From an uncultured Nitrosomonas sp. (GTDB taxonomy: Bacteria; Pseudomonadota; Gammaproteobacteria; Burkholderiales; Nitrosomonadaceae), in assembly GCA_964612715.1 (NCBI GenBank), contig CAZTCY010000004.1, positions 1,989-65,988 of the forward strand: DNA of 64,000 nucleotides, written 5' to 3'. The notes under the pieces were generated by a model. That model worked only from the letters and a program-made list of their open reading frames with translations, did not search any database and was not told the DNA's origin. Below are positions 49,150 to 58,845 of the stretch, in pieces. Numbering within the stretch: the first letter of the stretch is position 1; every line of letters begins with the position of its first letter. A program made the translations under genes and the position numbers.

Positions 49150-49357
49150 ATTACAAATTTTCACGCAACATGGGGTTAACTGAAGTTGGTGATAGTGAAG
49201 CCATTTCTGGGAGAAGTTAACATAGCCTCGTTCCAGAAATCGCAAGACTCTGGACAATCTGAAATAACCGATTAATCCAGAGTCTGAGTCTGATTTATCT
49301 CATACGGAATACAAATAGTGCATGAAGATATAAATACGTCTCTGGATTGTATACAGA

Positions 49358-49495
49358 TCAACTGACATTTTTCCTGGCCAAGCCTGCAAGCCACAGCATA
49401 GGCAGAATCATCAACGACAGCGTTAACGGTTCCGATATGCCGACTGCTGCATCAGGTTGTTAATTGGAATAATCACCCGAAAGCCAATAATTCAT
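49358..49495 (-). pseudogene. PEP-CTERM sorting-signal remnant with an in-frame TAA
   Basis: Own translation gives MNYWLSGDYSN*QPDAAVGISEPLTLSLMILPMLWLAGLARKNVS*. The SEP-hydrophobic-RK tail resembles a PEP-CTERM anchor. There is no signal peptide or mature domain. Confidence 0.3.
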
Positions 49496-49645
49496 ATCTT
49501 GCTGTTTTATATAATATTATATATTGAGTATAACAACTTAAAACAGAGACAAAGGCGAGTGGAAAGTAGGTCAGTTACATAAGCTTGTTGGGTTAATTGA
49601 AGTTCAAAATATACGTACGAACCGCGAGTCCAATTGGTCCGTTGC

Positions 49646-49933
49646 TCAGCAATAATATTGCGAAGGCACCAATACAATTACCGCAGCAACGATCTGTCCT
49701 ATACCGGCGCCAATAGCACCTCCAACGATCCCTCCAATAATCCAGGAAAAACCTTCTTGTTGTGAATTTTCATGAACAGTGGCCGCGCCAAGGAAAAACC
49801 CCACAAACGCCCCGAATGTCATAAGATTTTCTTTTATAGTTTCGCTCTCAGCAATCATACTGCTTACGATACTAAGTATTATGAGGCTTATAATTCCGCC
49901 AATTATTGCTCCAACCACAGGATCCACTTCCAT
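49646..49933 (-). CDS. Small glycine-zipper membrane protein (about 95 aa)
   Basis: Two Gly-rich TM segments (VVGAIIGGIISLIIL and IIGGIVGGAIGAGIGQIVAAVIVL). The track's start at 50104 is rejected because a strong terminator lies at 50076-50100. The next in-frame ATG, at 49933, has no clear RBS. Confidence 0.4.
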   Translation of the reverse strand: MEVDPVVGAIIGGIISLIILSIVSSMIAESETIKENLMTFGAFVGFFLGAATVHENSQQEGFSWIIGGIVGGAIGAGIGQIVAAVIVLVPSQYYC

Positions 49934-50075
49934 CCATGTCGTGCACAATCCATTACAATCCCTTACTTCTCTTTCTTCAGCGATTAAGCATCGTTCCCTT
50001 GCTTGCAACGGAATACATTTGGGAAAATAGCGCCTAAGACACTTGTGCAAAAATTTGGATCCGGAACAATACACG

Positions 50076-50100
50076 AAAAAAAACCCACCGAAGTGGGTTT
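50076..50100 (-). terminator. Rho-independent terminator of the 50141-50509 gene
   Basis: The minus strand reads AACCCAC-TTCG-GTGGGTT followed by a run of eight T. Confidence 0.75.
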
Positions 50101-50140
50101 TCAAGTAAGGTTGGCGTTTTTTATTGCTCGGTGTGTCCGC

Positions 50141-50509
50141 TTAGCTTTTCATTTTGCCTGATGGCACTGATGCAGGACGTAATAATTGTTGTTCGGCAGC
50201 CATTTTTTGATGATGCTCTGCTTTTTTCAGATTGTCTGCAATGGCGATTTCATACTGATGGATTTTAAATTCCACATGTTTTTTGACATGCTGGCCATTT
50301 CTTCCGAGAAAACTGGATTTTGGCTTATGTTTGAGCGCATTGATCTGATCTTCAATTTTGGCCTGCAATTCATTAGCTTGGCTTGTGTAATATTGTGCCT
50401 GTGTTTTGTGATCAACATCCGCTGCGATAGCCTGTACAGGTAAAGCAATCAAAACAAAAGCAAGTATGGATATAACGGTAAAACTTTGAGCTGTTCCGGT
50501 GGCTTTCAT
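50141..50509 (-). CDS. Small secreted His/Lys/Gln-rich helical protein (122 aa)
   Basis: Start trimmed to ATG 50509 (GAGGAG RBS). Signal peptide MKATGTAQSFTVISILAFVLIALPVQAIA. I recognise no family. Confidence 0.55.
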   Translation of the reverse strand: MKATGTAQSFTVISILAFVLIALPVQAIAADVDHKTQAQYYTSQANELQAKIEDQINALKHKPKSSFLGRNGQHVKKHVEFKIHQYEIAIADNLKKAEHHQKMAAEQQLLRPASVPSGKMKS

Positions 50510-50691
50510 GAGTAGAACTCCTCTAATTAAATTCATCATGGTTACCAGTGTAAACAAACCAACGCATTATGAATATTGGGGTAACCATTAATCTTGCTTA
50601 AGTAAAACCATTAGATGATGTACAAACAGGATACGCAATCCGGTTAAATTTGTGCCGTGGAAAGATTATAAGTAACAGGAACACACCGGCT

Positions 50692-52431
50692 TCAGGCGCA
50701 ATGCCTGCGGATAACCTCGCATGCCGCGCCGATAATCAGCGCCAGTGAAACAGCGCCCGGATCCGGCGAGCCGAGGCTTTTTTCCGCATGCGGACGTGCA
50801 CGGCCGATTCTGGGCAGCAGATCGCGGGTCTTTTGCGCGGCCTGACCCGCACTATCAGCAGCATCTTTCCAGGCGGCAGCCAGCGGAACACCGCACGCAG
50901 CCGCCTGGTCCAGCGCGGCCGAGAAAGGCTGCAACACATCCACCAGCGTCTTGTCACCGGGCTGCGCGTTGCCGCGTTGCATCACCTCACGCAGTGCGGA
51001 TGCTATGCCCGCCGCAACGGTTGCAGTATCGGGTATGGCCGCGTCGCCCAGTGCACGTCCAAGGTTGCACAGCATAACACCCCACAACGCGCCGGATGTG
51101 CCGCCCGCACGGGCGGCCCAGGCATCGCCGGACGCCGCCAGCATTGTCCCTGCGCCCGCCTGCGCGGCACGGGCTTTTCCTGCAGCATCAACAGCCGCCG
51201 CCAGTCCGCGCTGCATGCCGATGCCATGATCACCATCACCTGCAATGGCATCCAGGCGTCCGAGTGCTTCCTGCTGCGCGTCTATGATACGTGCGGCCGA
51301 TTCAAGCGCTTCCAGAACGATTGCCGCTACCTTTTGCGAATCGCGGGAACCGGCTACCACGTGCTGATTTATATCCGCAGGCTGCGGCGTAAACGCATCA
51401 TCACGATCGTTTGAAGGGTGCGACAAACGCCCTCGTTTAAATGCCGGTGTATCGGCTGCGGCCAGCCAGTAGTGTTCGAGTTCATCAGTCAACCAGAACA
51501 ATGTCAGCGAAACACCGGCCATATCAAAACTGGTTATGACGCGATCGACAACCGGTTCCGCAATCATCAGTCCGCGTTCGCACAGCAATTGATCAATCCT
51601 GCGATAGACGACAAACAACTCCTCCTGCGCCACATTGCCCAGACTGTTCAATATCACGCCGACACGCGCGCCATCCGGATAACCGGCAACTGCCGGAATA
51701 TCCTGCAATAGCTTGCCGACGAGCATTTCCGCCAGACCGTCGGCATGCAGCGCATCCATTTGGTATAAACCGGATTCGCCATGTATGCCCATGCCGACCG
51801 CCATCTGCCCAGGCGCCACGTCAAACAGCGGTTGCCGGGCACCCGGCAGTGTGCAGCCTGAAAAAGCGACGCCCAGCGTGCGGACGTGCGCATTGGCTTC
51901 AGCCGCAATGCGGCAGACTTCATCCAGTGATTTTCCGGCGTCGGCCGCCGCCCCGGCAGCCTTAAACACCGGCAGCGTCCCGGCTATGCCACGGCGCAGA
52001 TGGCATTCCGCTGCCGGCGCAGCAGCGACATCATCGGTCACCACCACTGTGCGCACAGCCATGCCCTGTGCCTGTAAACGTTCCTGCGCCTGAGTGAAAT
52101 TGAGCACATCACCCGCATAATTGCCATAACAGAACATAATGCCGCCGCCCGCATCCGCAGCCAGTGCCACATTGCAGATTTGCTGCGCCGAAGGCGAAGC
52201 AAAAACATTGCCCATGGCTGCGCCGTGCGCCAACCCCTGCCCCACCAATCCACCGAATGCCGGATAATGCCCGGAACCGCCGCCGATGACGACTGCCACC
52301 TGTCCGGCCTTCGTCTTATGCCGCCGGATCACGCCGCCATCGACCGGAAGAACATGATTCCGGTACGCTGCCGCGAATCCCCGGATCATTTCGTCTACAA
52401 ACATTTCCGGCTGATTAAAAAGATAAGTCAT
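50692..52431 (-). CDS. ATP-dependent dihydroxyacetone kinase (fused DhaK + DhaL domains)
   Basis: DhaK motif VIGGGSGHYPAFGG and DhaL motif IAGDGDHGIGM. 579 aa. Confidence 0.9.
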   Translation of the reverse strand: MTYLFNQPEMFVDEMIRGFAAAYRNHVLPVDGGVIRRHKTKAGQVAVVIGGGSGHYPAFGGLVGQGLAHGAAMGNVFASPSAQQICNVALAADAGGGIMFCYGNYAGDVLNFTQAQERLQAQGMAVRTVVVTDDVAAAPAAECHLRRGIAGTLPVFKAAGAAADAGKSLDEVCRIAAEANAHVRTLGVAFSGCTLPGARQPLFDVAPGQMAVGMGIHGESGLYQMDALHADGLAEMLVGKLLQDIPAVAGYPDGARVGVILNSLGNVAQEELFVVYRRIDQLLCERGLMIAEPVVDRVITSFDMAGVSLTLFWLTDELEHYWLAAADTPAFKRGRLSHPSNDRDDAFTPQPADINQHVVAGSRDSQKVAAIVLEALESAARIIDAQQEALGRLDAIAGDGDHGIGMQRGLAAAVDAAGKARAAQAGAGTMLAASGDAWAARAGGTSGALWGVMLCNLGRALGDAAIPDTATVAAGIASALREVMQRGNAQPGDKTLVDVLQPFSAALDQAAACGVPLAAAWKDAADSAGQAAQKTRDLLPRIGRARPHAEKSLGSPDPGAVSLALIIGAACEVIRRHCA

Positions 52432-52823
52432 AGGTTATTTATCCATTGTGGCAATGCATTGGTATGTCAGGCAATAAGTCGTCGGGTAGCAGTATATCGC
52501 ATGATTATGCCGCGCCGAAAACACACAAAAAAGCCGAAAAAGCAATCCGCTCAACATGGCGAGAACAGCATGCCCTATATATACGCGCAAGTAATTCGGA
52601 TTCATATTAAAATTACGGATTTTGACTGTTCAGCGGCCAATCGAATACATCGCAAACATCACAATCTCGACTGATTTCTGCCGCCATTCCGATCACCACG
52701 ACCCAAAATCATGTGCAACAAAATCTGACGCGTAGCGCAGTACATTGGATCGCTGCGTTATCCGGAAAGGCAAAAACGAAATAATCACACTTTTTAATGT
52801 TCTCTTAACCTTGAATCAAACTT

Positions 52824-53654
52824 ATGCATCCCATGTTGAACATCGCGGTTAAAGCCGCGCGCCGGGCTGGTGACATTATTGTCCAAGCTTCCCGGAATCT
52901 GGATTTACTCAATATCTCAAAAAAAGCGCACAGTGATTTTGTCAGTGAAGTCGATCGCGCAGCGGAAGATGCCATTATCCGGATTTTGCATGAATCCTAT
53001 CCGGATCACGCGGTTCTGGCAGAAGAAAGCGGCGCAAGCGGTGATGCCCGGAATGCCGAATATCAATGGATTATCGACCCGCTCGATGGCACCACGAATT
53101 TTCTGCATGGTTTTCCGCAATACTCGGTTTCCATCGCACTGAAACACAAGGGCGTTCTGAACAGAGCCGTTGTTTACAATCCCACTAACAACGAATTGTT
53201 CACCGCCAGCAGAGGCGGCGGCGCGTATCTCAACAACCAGCGTCTGCGCGTGAGTAAACGTATCCGTCTTGAGGACTGCCTGATCGGCACAGGCATCCCG
53301 TTCAGGGATTTAACCCACATGGATGCTTATTTGAATATCTTCAAGGATGTTATCCCGCGTGTTGCCGGCATCCGCCGCCCCGGATCCGCTGCGCTTGATT
53401 TGTGCTATGTTGCTGCGGGGCGTTATGACGGTTTCTGGGAAATCGGCCTGGCGCCCTGGGATATGGCTGCCGGCGCTTTGATGATCCAGGAAGCCGGCGG
53501 ATTGGTCGGTGATCTGGAAGGTGACGATACCTATCTCGAAAGTGGCCAGATTCTGGCGGGAAATCCCAAGGTTTTTTCCCAGTTACTGCAAATTATTGCG
53601 CCGCACCTGACCGAAGTACTGAAAGCTAATCACCATGCAGCCAGAAAGAAATAA
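52824..53654 (+). CDS. suhB: Inositol monophosphatase family protein
   Basis: Motifs [18 protein letters not shown] and [15 protein letters not shown]. Confidence 0.9.
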   Translation: MHPMLNIAVKAARRAGDIIVQASRNLDLLNISKKAHSDFVSEVDRAAEDAIIRILHESYPDHAVLAEESGASGDARNAEYQWIIDPLDGTTNFLHGFPQYSVSIALKHKGVLNRAVVYNPTNNELFTASRGGGAYLNNQRLRVSKRIRLEDCLIGTGIPFRDLTHMDAYLNIFKDVIPRVAGIRRPGSAALDLCYVAAGRYDGFWEIGLAPWDMAAGALMIQEAGGLVGDLEGDDTYLESGQILAGNPKVFSQLLQIIAPHLTEVLKANHHAARKK

Positions 53655-53697
53655 CCGACGATGAACCGGGGACTGCGCCGCGATGTCATCTTCAGAC

Positions 53698-54420
53698 TCA
53701 TGCCTGGTTTTCAGGGTCGGTTGTAGCTTCTATTTCTGTTTCTGTTTCCGCTTCGGCGGATAGCGCATGCCCGGCGTCCGCCTCCACCAGCGCACCGAGC
53801 TCCTGTAAAGGCGGGAGCGCTTCGAGCGACTGCAATCCCAGATCATCCAGAAACTGCTGCGTTGTTGCGAGCAACGCCGGTTTTCCGGGAACATTGCGGT
53901 GCCCGACCTGATCAACCCAGCCGCGTGACGTCAATGTTTTCAGAACCGACGACGATACGCTGATGCCGCGTATTTCCTCGATGTCGCCACGGGTGACCGG
54001 TTGATGGTAAGCGATGATCGCGAGCGTTTCCAGTACCGCGCGGGAATAACGCGGCGCTTTGGGCGGATCGAGACGGTCAAGGAAGGGCTGCATTTCCTGC
54101 CGGGCCTGGAAACGCCAGCCGCTCGCCACCTGCACAAGCGCTATGCCGCTATCGTTCCAGTCCCCGGCGATTTCATCAATCGCGCCGGAAATCTGCCGGG
54201 CACTCAATGCATTGTCGAACAATTTGCGCAGCGCCGCCATGGGCAACGGTTCCTGTGCTGTCAACAGCGCGGCCTCCAGTACGCGTTTAATCTGCTTCGG
54301 TTCATAGTGCGTTGAAAATTCCGGCGGCATTTCCGTCCCTGTACTCAGGGTATCCACTGCATCGTCCATGGCTATGATCTGCACGTGTCGATCAGGTTGT
54401 GGCGTCGATGGATCGGACAT
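53698..54420 (-). CDS. scpB: Segregation and condensation protein B
   Basis: ScpB winged-helix region ([12 protein letters not shown] ... [23 protein letters not shown]). Overlaps the scpA 3' end. Confidence 0.85.
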   Translation of the reverse strand: MSDPSTPQPDRHVQIIAMDDAVDTLSTGTEMPPEFSTHYEPKQIKRVLEAALLTAQEPLPMAALRKLFDNALSARQISGAIDEIAGDWNDSGIALVQVASGWRFQARQEMQPFLDRLDPPKAPRYSRAVLETLAIIAYHQPVTRGDIEEIRGISVSSSVLKTLTSRGWVDQVGHRNVPGKPALLATTQQFLDDLGLQSLEALPPLQELGALVEADAGHALSAEAETETEIEATTDPENQA

Positions 54421-55195
54421 AAATGGTTCCCAGTAATTCCGGTTGCATGATTTCGATCAAGGTTTCCTTGGCCAATTCAAGTATCGCCAGAAACGTGACA
54501 ATCACTTCTGCGGTCGTCGCCGCTGGACTGAATAAATCGTAGAAGGCCATCTGTCCGCGATGCTGCAATGCCCGCAGCACCTGGCTCATATAAGCCCGCA
54601 CTGACAAGGCCTCGCGGCTGATCTGATGATTGCGGTTGATTCTGGCTCTGGCCAGCAGCGCCAGCCAGACCTGGCGCAGATCGTCAACCGTAACATCCGG
54701 CAAATATTCAGGCAGTTGCGTATCCATCCATACCTGGACAACCATGAAATCACGGTCAATCTGCGGCAGTTCGTTGAGCCGCACGGCGGCCAGTTTGATT
54801 TGTTCGTATTTCAATAGCCGCTGCACAAGTTCGGCTCTGGGGTCTTTTTCTTCATCAGTCTCGCTGACGGGTTCAGGCAACAGCATGCGCGACTTGATTT
54901 CAATCAGCAAAGCTGTCATGAGCAGATATTCGGCCGCCAGCTCAAACTGATCCACACGCATCATTTTCACGTAGGCCATGTATTGCTGCGTCAACTGCAC
55001 CATGGGGATATCGAGAATATCGATATTGTGTTTGCGTATCAGATAAAGCAGCAAATCCAGCGGCCCCTGAAAAGTATCCAGAAACACTTCCAGCGCATCG
55101 GGCGGAATATACAAATCCTGCGGGATTTCCATCAACGGTTCGCCGCAGATTCTTGCGAATGGTTTTTTTTCCAGCGTACCGGCGGTCACTGTCAC
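54392..55195 (-). CDS. scpA: Segregation and condensation protein A
   Basis: [24 protein letters not shown] motif. Lies upstream of scpB. Confidence 0.85.
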   Translation of the reverse strand: MTVTAGTLEKKPFARICGEPLMEIPQDLYIPPDALEVFLDTFQGPLDLLLYLIRKHNIDILDIPMVQLTQQYMAYVKMMRVDQFELAAEYLLMTALLIEIKSRMLLPEPVSETDEEKDPRAELVQRLLKYEQIKLAAVRLNELPQIDRDFMVVQVWMDTQLPEYLPDVTVDDLRQVWLALLARARINRNHQISREALSVRAYMSQVLRALQHRGQMAFYDLFSPAATTAEVIVTFLAILELAKETLIEIMQPELLGTIYVRSIDATT

Positions 55196-55266
55196 AGCGG
55201 ATGTTCTATCCTTTTGCCGTCAAATCCCGCTCGGTTCGATCGAACAAAGACGATGGATGCAGCGTA

Positions 55267-56469
55267 TCACGAATAATCGAGTCCCATTGCCGCACGGATA
55301 TCGCGCATGGTTTCTTCAGCCAGCTGATTGGCTTTCTCGCAACCGTCAGCAATGATATTACGCACCAGAACAGGGTCTTCTTCATACATGCGGGCACGGT
55401 CATGCATGGGTTCCTGTTCGGCCAGCACCTTGTCGATGACCGGTGCTTTGCAATCAAGGCAACCGATAGACGCGCTGCGGCAGCCCTGCTGCACCCAGTT
55501 ACGGGTTTCGTCGTCGGAATAAACCAAATGAAACTGCCATACCGGACACACTTCCGGATTGCCGGGATCGGTGCGCCGCACGCGCGCGGGATCAGTCGGC
55601 ATGGTGCGGATTTTTTTGCGCACGCTGTCCGCATCCTCGCGCAGACTGATGGTGTTGTTATACGATTTCGACATTTTCTGGCCGTCCAGGCCCGGCATGC
55701 GCGATGCTTTGGTCAGCAGCGTTTCCGGTTCGCACAGTATCATTTTGCCGCCGCCTTCAAGATAACCGTATAACCGTTCCTGATCGCCCATGCTCAGATT
55801 CTGCTGTTCCTCCAGCAGGGATTTGGCTTCCGCCAGTGCATGCTCATCGCCCTGTTCCTGATAGCGGTTGCGCAGTTCAATGTACAACCGGGATTTCTTC
55901 GAGCCAAGTTTTTTGATCGCAGCCTGTGCTTTTTCTCCAAACCCGATTTCCTTGCCATAAATATGATTAAAGCGGCGGCAGATTTCGCGCGTGAATTCGA
56001 TATGCGGCGCCTGGTCTTCCCCGACAGGCACGCGGTTCGCACGGTAGATCAGAATATCCGCGCTCTGCAGCAGTGGATAACCCAGAAAACCGTAGGTACT
56101 GAGATCTTTTTCACTGAGTTTTTCCTGCTGATCCTTATACGTCGGCACACGTTCGAGCCAGCCCAGCGGCGTCATCATGGACAACAGCAGATAAAGTTCG
56201 GCATGCGCAGGTACTTTGGACTGGATAAACAAAACGGCTTTTGCAGGATCCACGCCCGCGGCAAGCCAGTCGATCACCATGTCCCACGCATTTTTTTCAA
56301 TAATCTCGGGCGCATCGTAATGCGTCGTCAAAGCATGCCAGTCCGCCACAAAGAACAGGCATTCGTATTGCTGCTGCAACGCCACCCAGTTTTTCAATAC
56401 ACCATGATAATGCCCCAAATGCAGATTCCCCGTAGGGCGCATACCTGACAAGACACGATCAGCAAACAT
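55267..56469 (-). CDS. trpS: Tryptophan--tRNA ligase (long, 400-aa form)
   Basis: HIGH-type motif LHLGHYHG and a KMSKS motif. Confidence 0.95.
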   Translation of the reverse strand: MFADRVLSGMRPTGNLHLGHYHGVLKNWVALQQQYECLFFVADWHALTTHYDAPEIIEKNAWDMVIDWLAAGVDPAKAVLFIQSKVPAHAELYLLLSMMTPLGWLERVPTYKDQQEKLSEKDLSTYGFLGYPLLQSADILIYRANRVPVGEDQAPHIEFTREICRRFNHIYGKEIGFGEKAQAAIKKLGSKKSRLYIELRNRYQEQGDEHALAEAKSLLEEQQNLSMGDQERLYGYLEGGGKMILCEPETLLTKASRMPGLDGQKMSKSYNNTISLREDADSVRKKIRTMPTDPARVRRTDPGNPEVCPVWQFHLVYSDDETRNWVQQGCRSASIGCLDCKAPVIDKVLAEQEPMHDRARMYEEDPVLVRNIIADGCEKANQLAEETMRDIRAAMGLDYS

Positions 56470-56528
56470 GTTTTCAATCCCAGAAGTTAATCGTTATAAG
56501 TGAATTTCCGGCTATTCCCAGATACAGC

Positions 56529-57200
56529 CTAGACATATAATCCAAAAAAAGAAACCAGCATCAGCTTGATCAATTTAATCATCGGCCAGACGATCACACC
56601 GAGCACGCCGCTGACCAGCAGAACCAGCAGAATCATAAAACCGTAAGGCTCAATTCTGGAAAACGGATAGGCAATCCGATGCGGTAACAGACTCACTGCC
56701 ATACGGCCACCATCCAGTGGCGGCAGGGGCAGCAGATTCAGAACCATCAAAATGACATTGATTTCGATTCCGGCAATACCCATCAAAATCATGGGCCGGG
56801 TAAATTCGGTGATGGGCAGCAACATCGCCAGCTTGATGAGCAATGCCCAGATGAGTGCCATTAACAGATTTGCGCCGGGTCCTGCAGCGGCGACCCACAG
56901 CATGTCCTGTTTGGGATGACGCAGGTTTGAAAAATTTACCGGCACCGGTTTCGCCCAGCCAAACAGAAAACCGGCGCCCATTGTCATTTTACTGATGATA
57001 AACAAGACAACGGGCACCAGTATGGTGCCGACCGGATCGATATGCCTGGCCGGATTCAGACTGATGCGCCCGGCATTGAATGCGGTAAAGTCGCCAAAAT
57101 GCCTGGCGACGTAACCATGCGCCGCTTCATGCATTGTAATGGCCAGAATGACCGGCAGCGCATAAATCGCGATGCCCTGGATGATACCGTCAAAATCCAT
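56529..57200 (-). CDS. Site-2 protease family membrane zinc metalloprotease
   Basis: HEAAHG (HExxH) within the first TM helix; polytopic. Start trimmed to ATG 57200, overlapping the upstream gene by 11 nt. Confidence 0.8.
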   Translation of the reverse strand: MDFDGIIQGIAIYALPVILAITMHEAAHGYVARHFGDFTAFNAGRISLNPARHIDPVGTILVPVVLFIISKMTMGAGFLFGWAKPVPVNFSNLRHPKQDMLWVAAAGPGANLLMALIWALLIKLAMLLPITEFTRPMILMGIAGIEINVILMVLNLLPLPPLDGGRMAVSLLPHRIAYPFSRIEPYGFMILLVLLVSGVLGVIVWPMIKLIKLMLVSFFGLYV

Positions 57201-57825
57201 CTGTAAGTCCGAAAGGCGCCAGATTCCCTTTTCCGGCCCGCACGAGTTCCGGCGCATCACCGGTTAAATCTATTACCGTAGTCATTTCCAGTCCGCAGGA
57301 ACCCGCATCCATGACCAGATCGACCTGATGCTCGAGCCGTTCGCGGATTTCTTCGGCATCATTCATGGGCAATTCATCATCGGGCAAAATCAATGTCGAA
57401 CTCAGCAACGGTTCATTCAGTTCTTCCAAAAGCGCCAGCGCCACAGGATGGTCCGGAATGCGTAAGCCTATCGTATAGCGCTTGGGATGCTGCAAACGGC
57501 GCGGTACTTCGCGGCTGGCCTGCAAAATAAACGTATAGCTGCCGGGCGTATTGGCCTTGAGCAAACGATACTGGGTATTATCCACGCGGGCATACAGCGA
57601 GATTTCAGCGAGATTCCTGCACACCAGCGTAAAATGATGCCTGTCGTCGACCTGACGGATGGCGCGTATCCGTGCCATCGCGTCTTTATCGCCAATCTGA
57701 CAGCCCAGCGCATAACAGGAATCGGTCGGATACACGATCACGCCGCCGCTGTGCACAATATTGACGGCCTGCTTAATCAATCTGGAATGCGGATTGTCAG
57801 TATGAATCGTAAAAAACTGAGCCAT
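57190..57825 (-). CDS. Sua5/YciO/YrdC-family protein (YciO-like)
   Basis: VIVYPTDSCYALGC motif. Start trimmed to MAQFFTIH (57825). Adjacent to a PHP-domain gene, as in E. coli yciV-yciO. Confidence 0.85.
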   Translation of the reverse strand: MAQFFTIHTDNPHSRLIKQAVNIVHSGGVIVYPTDSCYALGCQIGDKDAMARIRAIRQVDDRHHFTLVCRNLAEISLYARVDNTQYRLLKANTPGSYTFILQASREVPRRLQHPKRYTIGLRIPDHPVALALLEELNEPLLSSTLILPDDELPMNDAEEIRERLEHQVDLVMDAGSCGLEMTTVIDLTGDAPELVRAGKGNLAPFGLTDGF

Positions 57826-57868
57826 CGGGTTAGCGTCTTGGGTTAGTAATATTTGATGCGGATTCAAG

Positions 57869-58717
57869 TTAAGAAGGCAGCGGTATCTTCCAATCATGCC
57901 ATACCGGAACACACCCCGGTGGCAGATCAGGCAATTGTCCGAGATCGTAAAAACTTTCGCCGGGGCCATGAAAATCCGAGCCGCAGGATACCAGAAACCC
58001 CTTGACCCGGGCATAATCGGCAAAAATATCGACCTGCTCCTGCGTATGGCTGGCGCTCACCACTTCAATTCCGGCGCCGCCCAATATGAGAAATTCATCG
58101 AGCAAATCATTCAGGACATTTTTACCCAGATTATACCTTGCCGGATGCGCGATAACAGCTCTGCCGCCGCTGCCGCTAATCCAGTCAACCACATGACTGA
58201 GCTGAGCCCAATCATGATGCGTATAACCAGGCTTGCCTTGAACCAGGTATTTCTTGAAAACCGCTTTCATATCCTTGGCGTAGCCTTTTTCGACCAGAAA
58301 CCGGGCGAAATGCGTGCGGCCGATCAAGCCGCGTTCACCCACATAAGCAAACGCACCTTCAAAGCTGCCTCTGATGCCAATTTTTTCAAGCTCGTCCGCA
58401 ATCGTGCGGGCGCGTTGTGTACGTCCGTCGCGAATACCCGTTAAACCATCAAACAACGGCTTGTAGTCAGGATCAATATTCAAGCCCAGAACATGGATTG
58501 TCCGCCCCCGCCAAGTGACAGAAATTTCCACGCCGTTTATAAATATGATATTTTTCTCGGCAGCGACACGTTTTGCTTCCCCGAGTCCGGCAACATCATC
58601 GTGATCGGTCAACGCAAGTACCCTGACTCCACGCCGATGCGCGCGTTCAACAAGCTGCGCAGGGGTCAGAATCCCATCAGAAACGGTAGAATGGCAATGC
58701 AAATCAATATTGAGCAT
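57869..58717 (-). CDS. PHP-domain phosphoesterase (YciV/TrpH-like)
   Basis: IDLHCHSTVSDG motif. Start trimmed to ATG 58717. Confidence 0.85.
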   Translation of the reverse strand: MLNIDLHCHSTVSDGILTPAQLVERAHRRGVRVLALTDHDDVAGLGEAKRVAAEKNIIFINGVEISVTWRGRTIHVLGLNIDPDYKPLFDGLTGIRDGRTQRARTIADELEKIGIRGSFEGAFAYVGERGLIGRTHFARFLVEKGYAKDMKAVFKKYLVQGKPGYTHHDWAQLSHVVDWISGSGGRAVIAHPARYNLGKNVLNDLLDEFLILGGAGIEVVSASHTQEQVDIFADYARVKGFLVSCGSDFHGPGESFYDLGQLPDLPPGCVPVWHDWKIPLPS

Positions 58718-58845
58718 AAAGAACTTTGGTTGCGCATCGCTTGGAAAGGACACGCATCATAACAAATTAACCGGGTTTAGAAAAACGGGTATTAGGAATC
58801 CATTATATCAAATGCTAAAACAAAGAACGCAAAAGGAATTTTTAA

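Noticed and set aside
49508-49523. Perfect 16-bp palindrome TATATAATATTATATA
   Set aside because: Pure AT low-complexity sequence. Palindromy is expected by chance in TA repeats.
57826-58023. N-terminal extensions in the track's ORF calls. Examples: 57190-58023, 56529-57260, 57869-58753, 20745-21470, 27729-28877, 14900-15526, 50141-50557, 62828-63439 and 14040-14300.
   Set aside because: The extensions overlap upstream genes or lack an RBS. Internal ATGs with Shine-Dalgarno sequences give N-termini that match family expectations, so the starts were trimmed.
58754-58845. NsrR/FNR-type operator upstream of nnrS (ATCCATTATATCAAATGCT region)
   Set aside because: Only about half of the positions match either the TTGAT-N4-ATCAA or the AAATGCAT-type half-sites, and the half-site spacing is wrong.
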